64,000 nucleotides of DNA from an uncultured bacterium (GTDB lineage Bacteria > Oederibacteriota > Muellerivitia > Muellerivitales > Muellerivitaceae), in NCBI GenBank assembly GCA_964392085.1, contig CAYMOV010000004.1, positions 16,808 to 80,807 on the forward strand, in the 5' to 3' direction. The notes beneath the pieces were generated by a model. That model was given only the letters and a program-made list of their open reading frames with translations. It ran no database searches and had not been told where the DNA came from. Shown here piece by piece: positions 35,577 through 44,735 of this stretch; the stretch's first letter is position 1, and every line of letters starts with the position of its first letter. The position numbers were made by a program, and so were the translations under genes.

Positions 35577-37259
35577 TTACTTTTTCTTAGATGAAACCTT
35601 CACGGGTTTGGCCGCGCCCTTCGGGGCCGCTCCGGCCCTTTGACTGGCCAGGTAGTGCGAAAGGTCCTCGATCTGGGCCGGTGTCAGGTCGCCCTCAAAG
35701 GGTGGCATGGCTGAATCCTTGTTCACCTTGGGCGGATTCGTCACGTAAGTCTGGATCCAAGGCGCGTCCCGGTATTGGCCGATGCTGGAAAGGTCGGGGC
35801 CGATCTCCTCGCCCTTGCCGTGGAGCTTGTGGCAGACCATACAACGCTCCTCGAACAAGGGCGGGGCCTTCGGGGAGTAGGTGCCGCCCCCCAGGGTGCT
35901 CATGTAAGCCACCAGGGACTGGACTTCGTTGTCCAAGAGGTTGAAATTCGGCATCACGGTCCCCTTGGTGACCTGTTGGGGGTTGCGGAAGTGGGCGGTC
36001 AACCATCCCGCGTCCCGCCGGGAACCTACCTCGTCGAGGACCGGGCCGATGTGACCTCCCTTTCCGTCCAAGGTATGGCAATATTGGCACTTCAAGTCGC
36101 CATAGAGCCGTTTTCCCTCCATCACCAGGGGATTCCTCGCCAAAATTGGGTTGGTCAGGGGCGACCGCAGCCCCTGGAACGTCAGGAAACCGATCCCGAG
36201 GATGGCGGCCAGCCCGACCGTCGTCAGGATCGGGCGGTCAAACGGATGGCGACGGAAGCTCCGGTCCAGGAACGGAAGGGCCACCAACGCCGTGACCCCC
36301 AATCCCGGCAGGAGAATCGTGGCGATGGCCTCCAGGGACCCCGGGAAATACTTCAAACCCTGGAAGATGAAAAGGAAGTACCATTCGGGCCGCGGGTTGT
36401 AGGAAGTATCCGTCGGATCAGCCAACCCCTCGAGTTCCGCGCCCTTCCAGAGGGCCAGGCCCGCGATGACCGCCAGAAGAAGGGCGATGGCGAAGGTGTC
36501 CTTGAAAACGACGTAGGGGAAGAAAGACTTGCCCTTCTCCTTCATTTCCAAGTACCGGTGATGGAGCTTTTCCTTCCAGCCGGGCCCCTCAGGATTGAAC
36601 GACTTGATTTTCTCCGGGGGGGCTGAAATGCCGTGCCACACCACCAGGAAAAGGTGGAGTCCCATCAGCCCCAGGATGGTCATCGGCAAAAGGAGCATGT
36701 GGATGGCGTAGAACCGCGTGAGCGTGATGGCTCCCAGTTCGTCGCCGCCCTTGAGGATCTTGCCCACATAGGCCCCGATGATCGGCGTCTGTTCGGAAAT
36801 ATGGGAACCCACCACCGTGGCCCAATAGGCCTTCTGGTCCCACGGCAACAGGTAACCCGTGAACCCCAAACCGATGACCACCAGGAGCAGGCCGACGCCG
36901 GTCAGCCAGGTCGCTTCCCGGGGGTACTTGTAGGCCGCCATGAAATAAACCCGGATCATGTGCAGGACCACCACGACCACCATGGCGCTGGCGCCCCATT
37001 TGTGGAGCCCCCGCAGGAAGGCGCCCATGGGCACCACGTCCATGATGAAGCGGATGGAATCATAGGCGTGGTCCGGCGAGGGCGAGTAATGCATGGCCAA
37101 GAGCATGCCGGTCACGGCCTGCATCAGGAACAGGAAACCCGCCATGCTGCCGAGGGTGTAACGCCAATCCACGCCCTTCGGGATCTTCCGGTCCAGCAGG
37201 GTCTCCTTGACCTTCCGCCAGCCCGTCCGTTCATCCAATTCGTCCAGGAAATTTTTCAT
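35577..37259 (-). CDS. Cytochrome b (b6 + subunit IV type) fused to two c-type heme domains
   Basis: RGLHKWGAS...LHMIR, GYLLPWDQ, RFYAIH-x14-H, PRPEWYF, CQYCH and CMVCH. ATGA overlap with Rieske. Confidence 0.9.
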   Translation of the reverse strand: MKNFLDELDERTGWRKVKETLLDRKIPKGVDWRYTLGSMAGFLFLMQAVTGMLLAMHYSPSPDHAYDSIRFIMDVVPMGAFLRGLHKWGASAMVVVVVLHMIRVYFMAAYKYPREATWLTGVGLLLVVIGLGFTGYLLPWDQKAYWATVVGSHISEQTPIIGAYVGKILKGGDELGAITLTRFYAIHMLLLPMTILGLMGLHLFLVVWHGISAPPEKIKSFNPEGPGWKEKLHHRYLEMKEKGKSFFPYVVFKDTFAIALLLAVIAGLALWKGAELEGLADPTDTSYNPRPEWYFLFIFQGLKYFPGSLEAIATILLPGLGVTALVALPFLDRSFRRHPFDRPILTTVGLAAILGIGFLTFQGLRSPLTNPILARNPLVMEGKRLYGDLKCQYCHTLDGKGGHIGPVLDEVGSRRDAGWLTAHFRNPQQVTKGTVMPNFNLLDNEVQSLVAYMSTLGGGTYSPKAPPLFEERCMVCHKLHGKGEEIGPDLSSIGQYRDAPWIQTYVTNPPKVNKDSAMPPFEGDLTPAQIEDLSHYLASQRAGAAPKGAAKPVKVSSKKK

Positions 37260-37762
37260 GCCTTCTTCCCCTCGGGCAGGATCAGGATGGAGCCATTGGC
37301 GATCTTCGTGGGAAACCGGTCCAAGGGCCGGGGCGGCGGCCCGGACAGGACCTCCCCGGTCTTGCTGAACACCCCGGAATGACAGGGGCACACGAAGGAA
37401 TTCTTCGAGTCGTCCCAACGGTAGGGACAGCCTAAATGGGTGCAATGGGGGTCGAAAGCGGTCAATTGGTCGCCGTCCTTCAGGAGCCAAACTGAGCTCC
37501 GGCCCTCCACCACCATCCAACCGTCGGTCTTGCGCTTCACGTAGTCGCGCTTGGTCGGGACGCCGGAAGGAAGGGACGCCAAGGGGCCGACGTCGATCCA
37601 CCCCTCATCCTTCTTGCGCCAAGCCGGGGACAGGAAATACATCAGCCCACTGCCCCCCAGCACCAACCCCACCAGGGAACCGATCAGGAAGATCCCCCAG
37701 GACAGGAAGCTTCGACGGCTCAACCCCTCACCCTCCGGGTGCTGGTCCTCGTTCATTTTCAT
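37256..37762 (-). CDS. Rieske [2Fe-2S] protein
   Basis: Tat motif SRRSFL, CTHLGC, CPCHSG, GPPPRPL. Confidence 0.92.
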   Translation of the reverse strand: MKMNEDQHPEGEGLSRRSFLSWGIFLIGSLVGLVLGGSGLMYFLSPAWRKKDEGWIDVGPLASLPSGVPTKRDYVKRKTDGWMVVEGRSSVWLLKDGDQLTAFDPHCTHLGCPYRWDDSKNSFVCPCHSGVFSKTGEVLSGPPPRPLDRFPTKIANGSILILPEGKKA

Positions 37763-38541
37763 TGCGCCTTATCCTTTTCCATGGATTTCGCTCGGTTCCG
37801 GACCTCACGGGAATGGACGAACACTTCCTGCGCGAGGCGTTTGACGCGCTTCAGGTCGAAGGTGTGCCATTCGTGTTCGGCCTTATTCAGGCTTTCATGG
37901 CCGGCCGCCAGTTCCTTTTCGAGGTTCCCCACGGGTTTGCCTTGGGCCTTCAGGCTGGCCACGGTCTCGTCGGCGATCTCCAGGAGCTCCTTGGATTGGC
38001 TCATCAACAGCAAGGTATCCTGGGCCCCGGCGGGCTTGTTGTGGCAAAGATTACAGGTCTGGTCCAAATCCTTGGAGGTCAGGATGGTGCCCTTCATCAC
38101 CCCATGACAGGTGGTGCAGGTCGGGCCCTTTCCGGTCCGCTCCAGGCGCTGGTAATGCCTGCTCTGGATAAAAGCGGCTTTTTCGTCGGTGTGGCATTTG
38201 CCGCAGGTTTCCGGCAGGTTTTTGTAATAAACCGGGCTGTCGCTTTTCGTGGACCGCAGGACACCCTGGTGGGCCTTGGAAGGGTCGGTCTCCGTCGGTT
38301 GGCCCCCGTGACAAGCCTCGCAGGTGACGCCTGACTTGCCATGGGGGGATTGCGCCCAATCCGCGAACGAATGGCTCACATATTCGGTTTTCTTGACCTT
38401 ATCGTTCTTGTGGCACTCGACGCACTGGTTCTTCGCCTCATCCGTCTTCGGCTTTTGGGCCTTCGCCGCCGCAAACCGGGGGGCCGGACCGAAGCCGGCC
38501 ATGATCGCCAAAACGAAAATCATCGCAAAACGTTTCAACAC
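37759..38541 (-). CDS. Periplasmic pentaheme cytochrome c with helical C-terminus
   Basis: Signal peptide, CVECH, CEACH, CGKCH, CTTCH, CNLCH. GTG 38541 with AGGAGG 8 nt upstream. Confidence 0.82.
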   Translation of the reverse strand: MLKRFAMIFVLAIMAGFGPAPRFAAAKAQKPKTDEAKNQCVECHKNDKVKKTEYVSHSFADWAQSPHGKSGVTCEACHGGQPTETDPSKAHQGVLRSTKSDSPVYYKNLPETCGKCHTDEKAAFIQSRHYQRLERTGKGPTCTTCHGVMKGTILTSKDLDQTCNLCHNKPAGAQDTLLLMSQSKELLEIADETVASLKAQGKPVGNLEKELAAGHESLNKAEHEWHTFDLKRVKRLAQEVFVHSREVRNRAKSMEKDKAQ

Positions 38542-38687
38542 GTTCCCATCCTCCTGGGCCGGTCCGCCGGAGCCAAAGGCTCCCGGGGCATCCCCACCCC
38601 GTTCGACGGATTCCGCCGCTGATTCCTCCGCCCGTCTTTCCCGGGCGGTCTTGTTCGCCCGCCCGGGTCCGACCGAAAAACAGTTAA

Positions 38688-38830
38688 CAGGGTGCTGAAG
38701 CATTTTTGATTCGCCCTGTCAGCAGCCACGTTGTTCGATCGAATCGTTGTAAATCCCCTGGTTTTCGAGGGGATGACTCGTGAGCAAGATATGAAAAAGT
38801 CTCTTCTAGCTCGACTTTTTCATCATCCTG
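38688..38830 (+). mobile_element. MITE copy 6 (143 bp), at a stop codon
   Basis: TIRs CAGGGTGCTGAAG / CTTTTTCATCATCCTG; TTAA duplications at 38684-38687 and 38831-38834. Confidence 0.8.
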
Positions 38831-39184
38831 TTAAGACTTCTTGGAACTGCCCCTCGGGATCATGAGGGAGAAAATCGCCATGTTGATCATATGGAGCACC
38901 CCCACGAGAAGGCATTGCCAGCCGACGAAACTCGTGAGGAACTTCCTCATGTCATCCGCCGATTCCTGACCCGAGCCCGGGCCATAGGCGATCATGAGGA
39001 AGATGTACCCAAAGTTGATGAGATAAAACCCAATCTGCAGGAGAGCGATGAGGGATTTGGCGCCTTCCGGGTGTTTTGGAAAAAGGTTTTTGAGAAAGTA
39101 ACTCCCATATTTCAACAATAACCACGAAAGAGTGAAGGTAAAAACGACCCCTAAAACGAAATAAAGCAAAGTGAATCCGATCAT
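38831..39184 (-). CDS. Small integral membrane protein of unknown function
   Basis: Three or more TM helices, GFYLINFGY and GVLHMINM motifs, GAGG RBS. Confidence 0.7.
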   Translation of the reverse strand: MIGFTLLYFVLGVVFTFTLSWLLLKYGSYFLKNLFPKHPEGAKSLIALLQIGFYLINFGYIFLMIAYGPGSGQESADDMRKFLTSFVGWQCLLVGVLHMINMAIFSLMIPRGSSKKS

Positions 39185-39203
39185 GCCTTACCCTCCTTGA
39201 AAA

Positions 39204-39217
39204 GTGACTGGCATCAC
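39204..39217. promoter_or_regulatory. Crp/Fnr-type box, possibly a repression site
   Basis: GTGACTGGCATCAC 20 bp upstream of the ATG at 39184; no -10 at class II distance. Confidence 0.4.
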
Positions 39218-39384
39218 CAATCGCAATGTGACAAAAGCCGAATTTAGTGAGTCCGTAGAGATCTTCGTTTATCATCACAATGTTCAATATGATATTCGTC
39301 AGTAAAATTGTTGCCAAAAAACGAGCCAGCCACACCAAGAAACGGCTCCGATCATCAGCCTTTTAAAACATTGGGTTTTTGGAG

Positions 39385-41496
39385 CTATTCGACATGGATA
39401 ATACCATCCCCCGCTCGCTGGAGGATCCCCCATCGGGTGTTGGGAATGGCTTCAAAACGATTTGAATCGGGTTTTTTCCACAACAGATGCATGAAAAAGG
39501 CTCCGTCCCCTGGGACCTTGAGTCTTAAGGTGATGGGATATCGCCCTTGTTTCAAGGCGACCTCACCCCCGGGATCCGTCCCGATCCCCACCCAGTCCTG
39601 CCCATTCGAGGACAAGATGGCATCAGCGTTCGGACCGCATAAGATCCGAAACAGGTAGATGCCTCTCCGGTCCACTTGAAGCGTCCCCGACCAGTTGAAT
39701 TCCTTCAGTCCCTCCTGTTGGGGCAAGTCCCGCCAAGCGAAATCCACCACGGGGTCCCAGGTTCCGTCGGGGACGCCGGTCCCGGTCCTCCAAAGCCCAT
39801 GGGGCGGCGTGGAGGGCGTGGCCTCCATCGGGCCGGATTGATAGATCAGGGCGTAGGCCGGGCCGGGCTGGGTTGAATAGGCCGAAAGGTTGCCCGCGGG
39901 GTACCGCTCCTGGAGATATTCCAAGAGTCCCCCTTGAAGCGGGTCGAGAACGAAGACCGCGGGAGGTTTGGGAAGGTGGGACGCGTCCAAAGGTTCCATG
40001 GATTCACGGGCGGGGTACGCCGCGTATCGAACAACCGAGTGATGGGCGTAGGGCCCGGCCAACCGGATGGGCTCCCCACTGGGAAGCCGCGTGAGGGCTT
40101 GGCCGAGTTCGGTTTGATCCCGGTTAAAGGCGTCCCGCCATCCCTCTTGCCGGACCTGGAGCCCAAAATAAGCGGCGCCGTTCCAAAGGGCCACCGCGCC
40201 TAGGATCCCCCAACCGATGCCGCCCACCCGCCCACTGGGGAATTTTCGGTTTAAAACCCCGAGGGATGCCTCTAGCGCCGTCGCGGCCAGGAAGCAAAGA
40301 AACGGGAGCATTCCCAAGCTCCGCATATCATTCGGACAACCCCGAGAGAGGGCCATCGGAAGGCACATCACCAAGAGTCCCAAGAGTGGCGCAACCCCCT
40401 CCCTCCGACGAAGGCGATGAAGCGCCCAACCCACTCCCCAAGCCGCCAGGATCCCCATCACGGGATCCAATTCAGGCCATCCCCGGAGGTTATGGTCGGC
40501 CATCGGATCGCCGTGGGCATGGAACATTCCCAAGGCCAAGAGGAGGTTGTGTCCCAACGAGGTCCACCCCCCCTGGGCGGTGTTCCCGAAGATCCAAAGT
40601 TCCCCTTCCCGCCGCCCAAACCATCCGGAAACGGGATCCGTCACAATGATTGGCAGGACCGCCAGGGCCCAACCCGCCGACATCCAAACCAAGCGTTCGA
40701 GGGCTTGGGGGCGGCCCACCAGTTCCCGGAGCTCCCAAAGGGCCAGGACGATCAAGAGCGCCCCCAACACCTTGGAGGCCTGATAGGCGTAGAAACCGGA
40801 ACCCGCGACCAAGCCCGCGAGAAAGACCCATCCCCGCGAAGATCGTTCCACGCCGCGGCCCCAGGCCTCCAGGCAGGCGGCCGTGATGAGCATGATCTCG
40901 ACCGAGAAGTTCTGGTGCCCCGTATAGGTCATGCCCCATCGGGAAGCCGCGTAAAAAACCAAGGCGAAGAAGGCCACACGGGTCCCGCCCCATCTCCGGA
41001 AAACCGAATACCAGAGAGGCGCGGAAAGGGCCCAAAGGGCCACATCGAAAAACGCCTGGGCCCGGATGGAGGCGCCGGCGATGGCAAACCAGGCCGCGAG
41101 GGCGTAATAAGTGAGGGGTTCCGGGACCTGAAGGAGACGTAGGCCCCCCCAAGGCCGCCAACCCTCATGGAGGATCCTCAAGGCTGTCCATGCCACTCCG
41201 GCCCGATCGTCTGAGACTCCCTCGAAACAATACAGGACGTCCGCGATTCGAAGCGTCGACCCTAAAAGTAGGACCGCGAGGATCCCCAGGGCTCCCGGCC
41301 CCCCCACCCGGTTTTGAATATCCGTCCCACGACCCACCCAACCACTCCAAACTTTCGCTGAAACGCCCAATCCCAGGACCATGAGAATGATCCCGCTTGG
41401 TCCAGGGACCCAAAACCCCAGGAGGACACCCCCAAGGGCGGGCCACCCAATCATCCCGAGCGGGGAACGGGTGTTCGGCGCGGCGATATCGGGCAT
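39385..41496 (-). CDS. GT39/ArnT-like glycosyltransferase with C-terminal PA14-like domain
   Basis: Multi-TM N-terminus, C-terminal VDFAW...WSGTLQV...GIYLFRI...GRYPITL..LLWKKP. ATG 41496. Confidence 0.7.
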   Translation of the reverse strand: MPDIAAPNTRSPLGMIGWPALGGVLLGFWVPGPSGIILMVLGLGVSAKVWSGWVGRGTDIQNRVGGPGALGILAVLLLGSTLRIADVLYCFEGVSDDRAGVAWTALRILHEGWRPWGGLRLLQVPEPLTYYALAAWFAIAGASIRAQAFFDVALWALSAPLWYSVFRRWGGTRVAFFALVFYAASRWGMTYTGHQNFSVEIMLITAACLEAWGRGVERSSRGWVFLAGLVAGSGFYAYQASKVLGALLIVLALWELRELVGRPQALERLVWMSAGWALAVLPIIVTDPVSGWFGRREGELWIFGNTAQGGWTSLGHNLLLALGMFHAHGDPMADHNLRGWPELDPVMGILAAWGVGWALHRLRRREGVAPLLGLLVMCLPMALSRGCPNDMRSLGMLPFLCFLAATALEASLGVLNRKFPSGRVGGIGWGILGAVALWNGAAYFGLQVRQEGWRDAFNRDQTELGQALTRLPSGEPIRLAGPYAHHSVVRYAAYPARESMEPLDASHLPKPPAVFVLDPLQGGLLEYLQERYPAGNLSAYSTQPGPAYALIYQSGPMEATPSTPPHGLWRTGTGVPDGTWDPVVDFAWRDLPQQEGLKEFNWSGTLQVDRRGIYLFRILCGPNADAILSSNGQDWVGIGTDPGGEVALKQGRYPITLRLKVPGDGAFFMHLLWKKPDSNRFEAIPNTRWGILQRAGDGIIHVE

Positions 41497-41528
41497 GGGA
41501 TCTTTCAGCCTCCAGGGACCAGCATGAC

Positions 41529-41566
41529 AAAAAAAAAGCCGCCTGGGAATTCCCAAGCGGCGTTTT
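41529..41566 (-). terminator. Terminator ending the sensor/Crp operon
   Basis: A9-GCCGCCTGGG-AATT-CCCAAGCGGC. Confidence 0.75.
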
Positions 41567-41596
41567 GAATTGTCCGGACGGGTGGAATAGGGCCTT

Positions 41597-42106
41597 TTAG
41601 ACCTTGGCCTTCACGGCACCGGCTTCCTTGGACTCCCGGGCCAGGGTATCCATCCAAACCTCGGGATCCAGTTCATCCAAATCATCCCCCCCAAGGCCCG
41701 TTTCCCTCCGAAAATGCTCACCGATCTTGCGAAGGACCCACGCCGCCACGGGTTGGTACTTGAGGAAATAGGTCCGGAAATCATCCGACCGGATGGCCAA
41801 GAGCACCGACTTGGTCAGCACCCGGGCGTCGGAGGTATAGCTGCCGTTTTCCTCGGAAGCCTCCGTCCCCACCAAGTCACCCCGGCGGGCGAAATAGACC
41901 TGCCCATCCGCTTCCCGGATCTCCACCTTTCCCCAAGCCACCACATAGGCCTGTTTGGCGGGGGCCCCTAGGGCGAAAAGGCCCTGGCCCTCCTGGCAAA
42001 GGGTCAAGCTCCCGTGCTTGAGGAGCCGTTGGACCACCTGGGGCCGCAGGCCCTCGTTGATCGGCAAGGTCGCCACCAACGCGCCCAAGATTTTCGATTC
42101 AGCCAT
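41597..42106 (-). CDS. Stand-alone cNMP-binding-domain protein
   Basis: cNMP-like beta-barrel (AYVVAWGKVEI, RRGDLVG) with no HTH; acidic tail. Confidence 0.7.
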   Translation of the reverse strand: MAESKILGALVATLPINEGLRPQVVQRLLKHGSLTLCQEGQGLFALGAPAKQAYVVAWGKVEIREADGQVYFARRGDLVGTEASEENGSYTSDARVLTKSVLLAIRSDDFRTYFLKYQPVAAWVLRKIGEHFRRETGLGGDDLDELDPEVWMDTLARESKEAGAVKAKV

Positions 42107-42155
42107 TTTTTCCCTCCACGGTTTTGACGGATCGAAAGCCGCGCGACTCCAGCCG

Positions 42156-42905
42156 TTATTCCCCGGCCACGGCCTTGACGACGCCCCCGGCTAATTTTTG
42201 AAGCCCGTCCCGGTCCAGGATGACCAGATACCTCCGCTTGGGGACCACGAGTTTCGCCTTGGTCCACTTGCGGATGATCCGGATGGCCGTTTCGACGGTG
42301 GTCCCCACCATCTCGGCCACATCCCGTCGGGTGAGCGGCATGTTGATCCGGACGCCGCCTCCCGGTTCATCCTGGGCCATGCCCGGGCGGGACAACATCG
42401 ACACGCAAAGCTGGGCGATCCTCATCTCGACCGGATCCGCCGCGGACATCTTCGAGCGGTAAGCCTGGTAAAGGAAATCCCCCATCTGAAGTAAAGCCCC
42501 GGCCGAAACGCAGGGGAACTTCAGGAACCGGTGGATAAAATCGTCCCAACGGGTCTTCAGGAGGACCGACTCGGTCAGGGTGAAGGCGCTCAGGGCGTAG
42601 GGCGCCCGCTTGAGGGACGAGACTTCGCCCACCAGGTCCCCCTTGCCGAAGACATGGAAGGTCACATCCCGACCATTGGTGTGTTTCTGGGACAGTTTGA
42701 CCTTCCCATCCGCGATGAAGAAAAGGAATTCCGCGGATTCCCCCTGCCGGAAGAGCGCTTGGCCCGGGGGAAGGATTTCCATGACGCAGTACTTCGCCAG
42801 GTCCTCCAATTCGCTGGGAACCAATCCCTTGAAAACGGGGAAGGAGGCGAGGCAGGACGCGATGGTATTGGGGGGAGAGATGGATTCTGTGATCGTGTAG
42901 GCCAT
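42156..42905 (-). CDS. Crp/Fnr-family transcription factor 2
   Basis: LFRQGE..FLFFIADGKVKL, HTH PLTRRDVAEMVGTTVETAIR. Confidence 0.9.
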   Translation of the reverse strand: MAYTITESISPPNTIASCLASFPVFKGLVPSELEDLAKYCVMEILPPGQALFRQGESAEFLFFIADGKVKLSQKHTNGRDVTFHVFGKGDLVGEVSSLKRAPYALSAFTLTESVLLKTRWDDFIHRFLKFPCVSAGALLQMGDFLYQAYRSKMSAADPVEMRIAQLCVSMLSRPGMAQDEPGGGVRINMPLTRRDVAEMVGTTVETAIRIIRKWTKAKLVVPKRRYLVILDRDGLQKLAGGVVKAVAGE

Positions 42906-42918
42906 TTCCGATGGATCC

Positions 42919-44325
42919 TTATGTCCGGCGGAGCTTCCGGTCCCACAAAGGGACTTCGGCGTCTCCGCCTTTCTGAGTTCCCGGCGGCCGGTTGGGCCAC
43001 CAGGTCTCCACTCGGGTTCCCTCTCCCGTTCGACTCGACAACTTGACCTTCCCGCCATGCCAATCGACGATCTGCTTGACGATGGCGAGTCCCAACCCCG
43101 TCCCGGGTTCCCCCTGCGCCTTAGCGTTGGAGGCCCGGACAAACTCCTCGAACAATCCTGCCTGCTCCTCCGCGGGGATGCCGATCCCCGGGTCCGACAC
43201 CGTCACCACGATGAAATCCCCCAGGCTCTCCAGGCCGATCTCGACCCCGCCCCGACCCACCGGGGTGTACTTCACGGCGTTCGCCAGTAGGTTTTCGAGC
43301 ACCCGCTGAAACGCCCGCGGGTCCGCCCAGAGCTCGGCTCCCGCCTTCCCCTGGACCTGGACGGTGAGGCCCTTGGCCTTCGCCCGGGCTTCCACCCCCT
43401 GGACCGCCCGTTGCGCCAGCGCGTAGGGGTCCAGGGTTTCCGGGCGGAAGGGTTGGGTCGCGGTCTTGGCCTGGGAAAGCCAGATCAAGTCGTCGACCAA
43501 CTCCGCCAACCCTCCCAACCGGACCTTTGCCCGGCCCATCATGTCCAGCGCCGCCTGGCTCCGGCCATCCGGTAGCGTGACCTCGGCCGCCTCCAAGCAG
43601 GAACTGGCGGCCGCCAATGGGTTCTTCAGGTCATGGGCCACTTGGCGGAAGAACCTGTTTTTATGCTCATCCAGCCGAAGAAGCCCCTCGTTCGCCTCTT
43701 GCAATTGACGCCCGGTTTTTCGGAGGGCTTCCTCCTTATCCAACAGGTCCCCGGTCAACCGCGTCAGGAACATCCATAATCCGAAGGTCGTCACGCTGAA
43801 AACCAGAAGGAACGCCTGCTGGACCGACGTGCCCAGGTGGGATTCGCCGCCCCAAAGGGGCCGCACCCAACCCAAGTCCTGCATCATCCAAAGCGCCCAA
43901 GGCAGGGCCGTAATGAGAAAGACGTAGGCCCGGCTTTCCCCCTTCGGCAAGGCCATGCTGCCGATGGCCAAGTGGAACAAGTACAAAAGCACCAACGGGT
44001 TCTCGATGCCTCCCGACCAGGTCAACAACAACGTCAAGAGGAACAAGTCCCCCAACATCTGGACATGGATGTGGTTACGGGCCCGTTGGGCCAGGACCGA
44101 GGGGTCCCGCTCCGACGCCCTCACACCGCTCCACACCGTCCGGTACAATCCATTCAAGCCGGCCAAGACCGCCAAGACCGCCACTAACCGGACCGGCGGG
44201 TACTGGACCGGTTCCAACGCCGGGGCCAGGAAAATGATGAACAGCCCGACCCCCACAGCCCACCAACGCAGGTGGATGAACCACTCCAACCGCTCGACCG
44301 GGACCTGTCCCTCAAGGTTCCTCAT
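42919..44325 (-). CDS. Sensor histidine kinase with RegB/PrrB-like membrane domain
   Basis: IHLRWWAV, GGIENPL in the TM region, H-box AHDLKNPL, N/G boxes NAVKYT, DPGIGI, GTGLGL. Confidence 0.85.
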   Translation of the reverse strand: MRNLEGQVPVERLEWFIHLRWWAVGVGLFIIFLAPALEPVQYPPVRLVAVLAVLAGLNGLYRTVWSGVRASERDPSVLAQRARNHIHVQMLGDLFLLTLLLTWSGGIENPLVLLYLFHLAIGSMALPKGESRAYVFLITALPWALWMMQDLGWVRPLWGGESHLGTSVQQAFLLVFSVTTFGLWMFLTRLTGDLLDKEEALRKTGRQLQEANEGLLRLDEHKNRFFRQVAHDLKNPLAAASSCLEAAEVTLPDGRSQAALDMMGRAKVRLGGLAELVDDLIWLSQAKTATQPFRPETLDPYALAQRAVQGVEARAKAKGLTVQVQGKAGAELWADPRAFQRVLENLLANAVKYTPVGRGGVEIGLESLGDFIVVTVSDPGIGIPAEEQAGLFEEFVRASNAKAQGEPGTGLGLAIVKQIVDWHGGKVKLSSRTGEGTRVETWWPNRPPGTQKGGDAEVPLWDRKLRRT

Positions 44326-44339
44326 GGCGACTCCCCTTC

Positions 44340-44735
44340 TCAGGGACCCAGAAGGTCCTTCACCTTTTGGAGCAAGACCTCCCGAGGAACCGGCTTCTCA
44401 AGGAACCCATCCACGGGGACCCATCCACCACCCGCCGCGGGATAATCAGGCACCACGCCGGCTTTCTGTGTCACCGCGGTCATCATGAGGATCGGAAGTT
44501 TGGCCGTTTGGGATTGGTCCCGGAGGACCGACGCCAACCGGAACCCCTCATCCGTGTGTTCCATCATGACGTCGAGGATCACGAGGTTCGGCTTCCATTC
44601 CACGCATTTCTTGAACCCCTCCTTGCCGCCCGAGGCGGTCTCCACGGAGTAGTTCTGGTTCTCTAAAATCAGGCGGAGCGACGCGATCAAGTCCCGGTCG
44701 TCGTCCACCAGTAGGATTTTCTTTTTGGCCGCCAT
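44340..44735 (-). CDS. Single-domain response regulator
   Basis: LLVDDD, ILDVMM, MMTA, LEKP; no output domain. Confidence 0.9.
   Translation of the reverse strand: MAAKKKILLVDDDRDLIASLRLILENQNYSVETASGGKEGFKKCVEWKPNLVILDVMMEHTDEGFRLASVLRDQSQTAKLPILMMTAVTQKAGVVPDYPAAGGGWVPVDGFLEKPVPREVLLQKVKDLLGP

Noticed and set aside
39289-39302. ATGA-N6-TCAG box candidate
   Set aside because: One mismatch and no -10 hexamer at class II distance on either strand.
38952-39338. 128-aa minus-strand ORF overlapping the 38831-39184 gene
   Set aside because: Alternative frame; the shorter ORF has the RBS and a coherent TM pattern.
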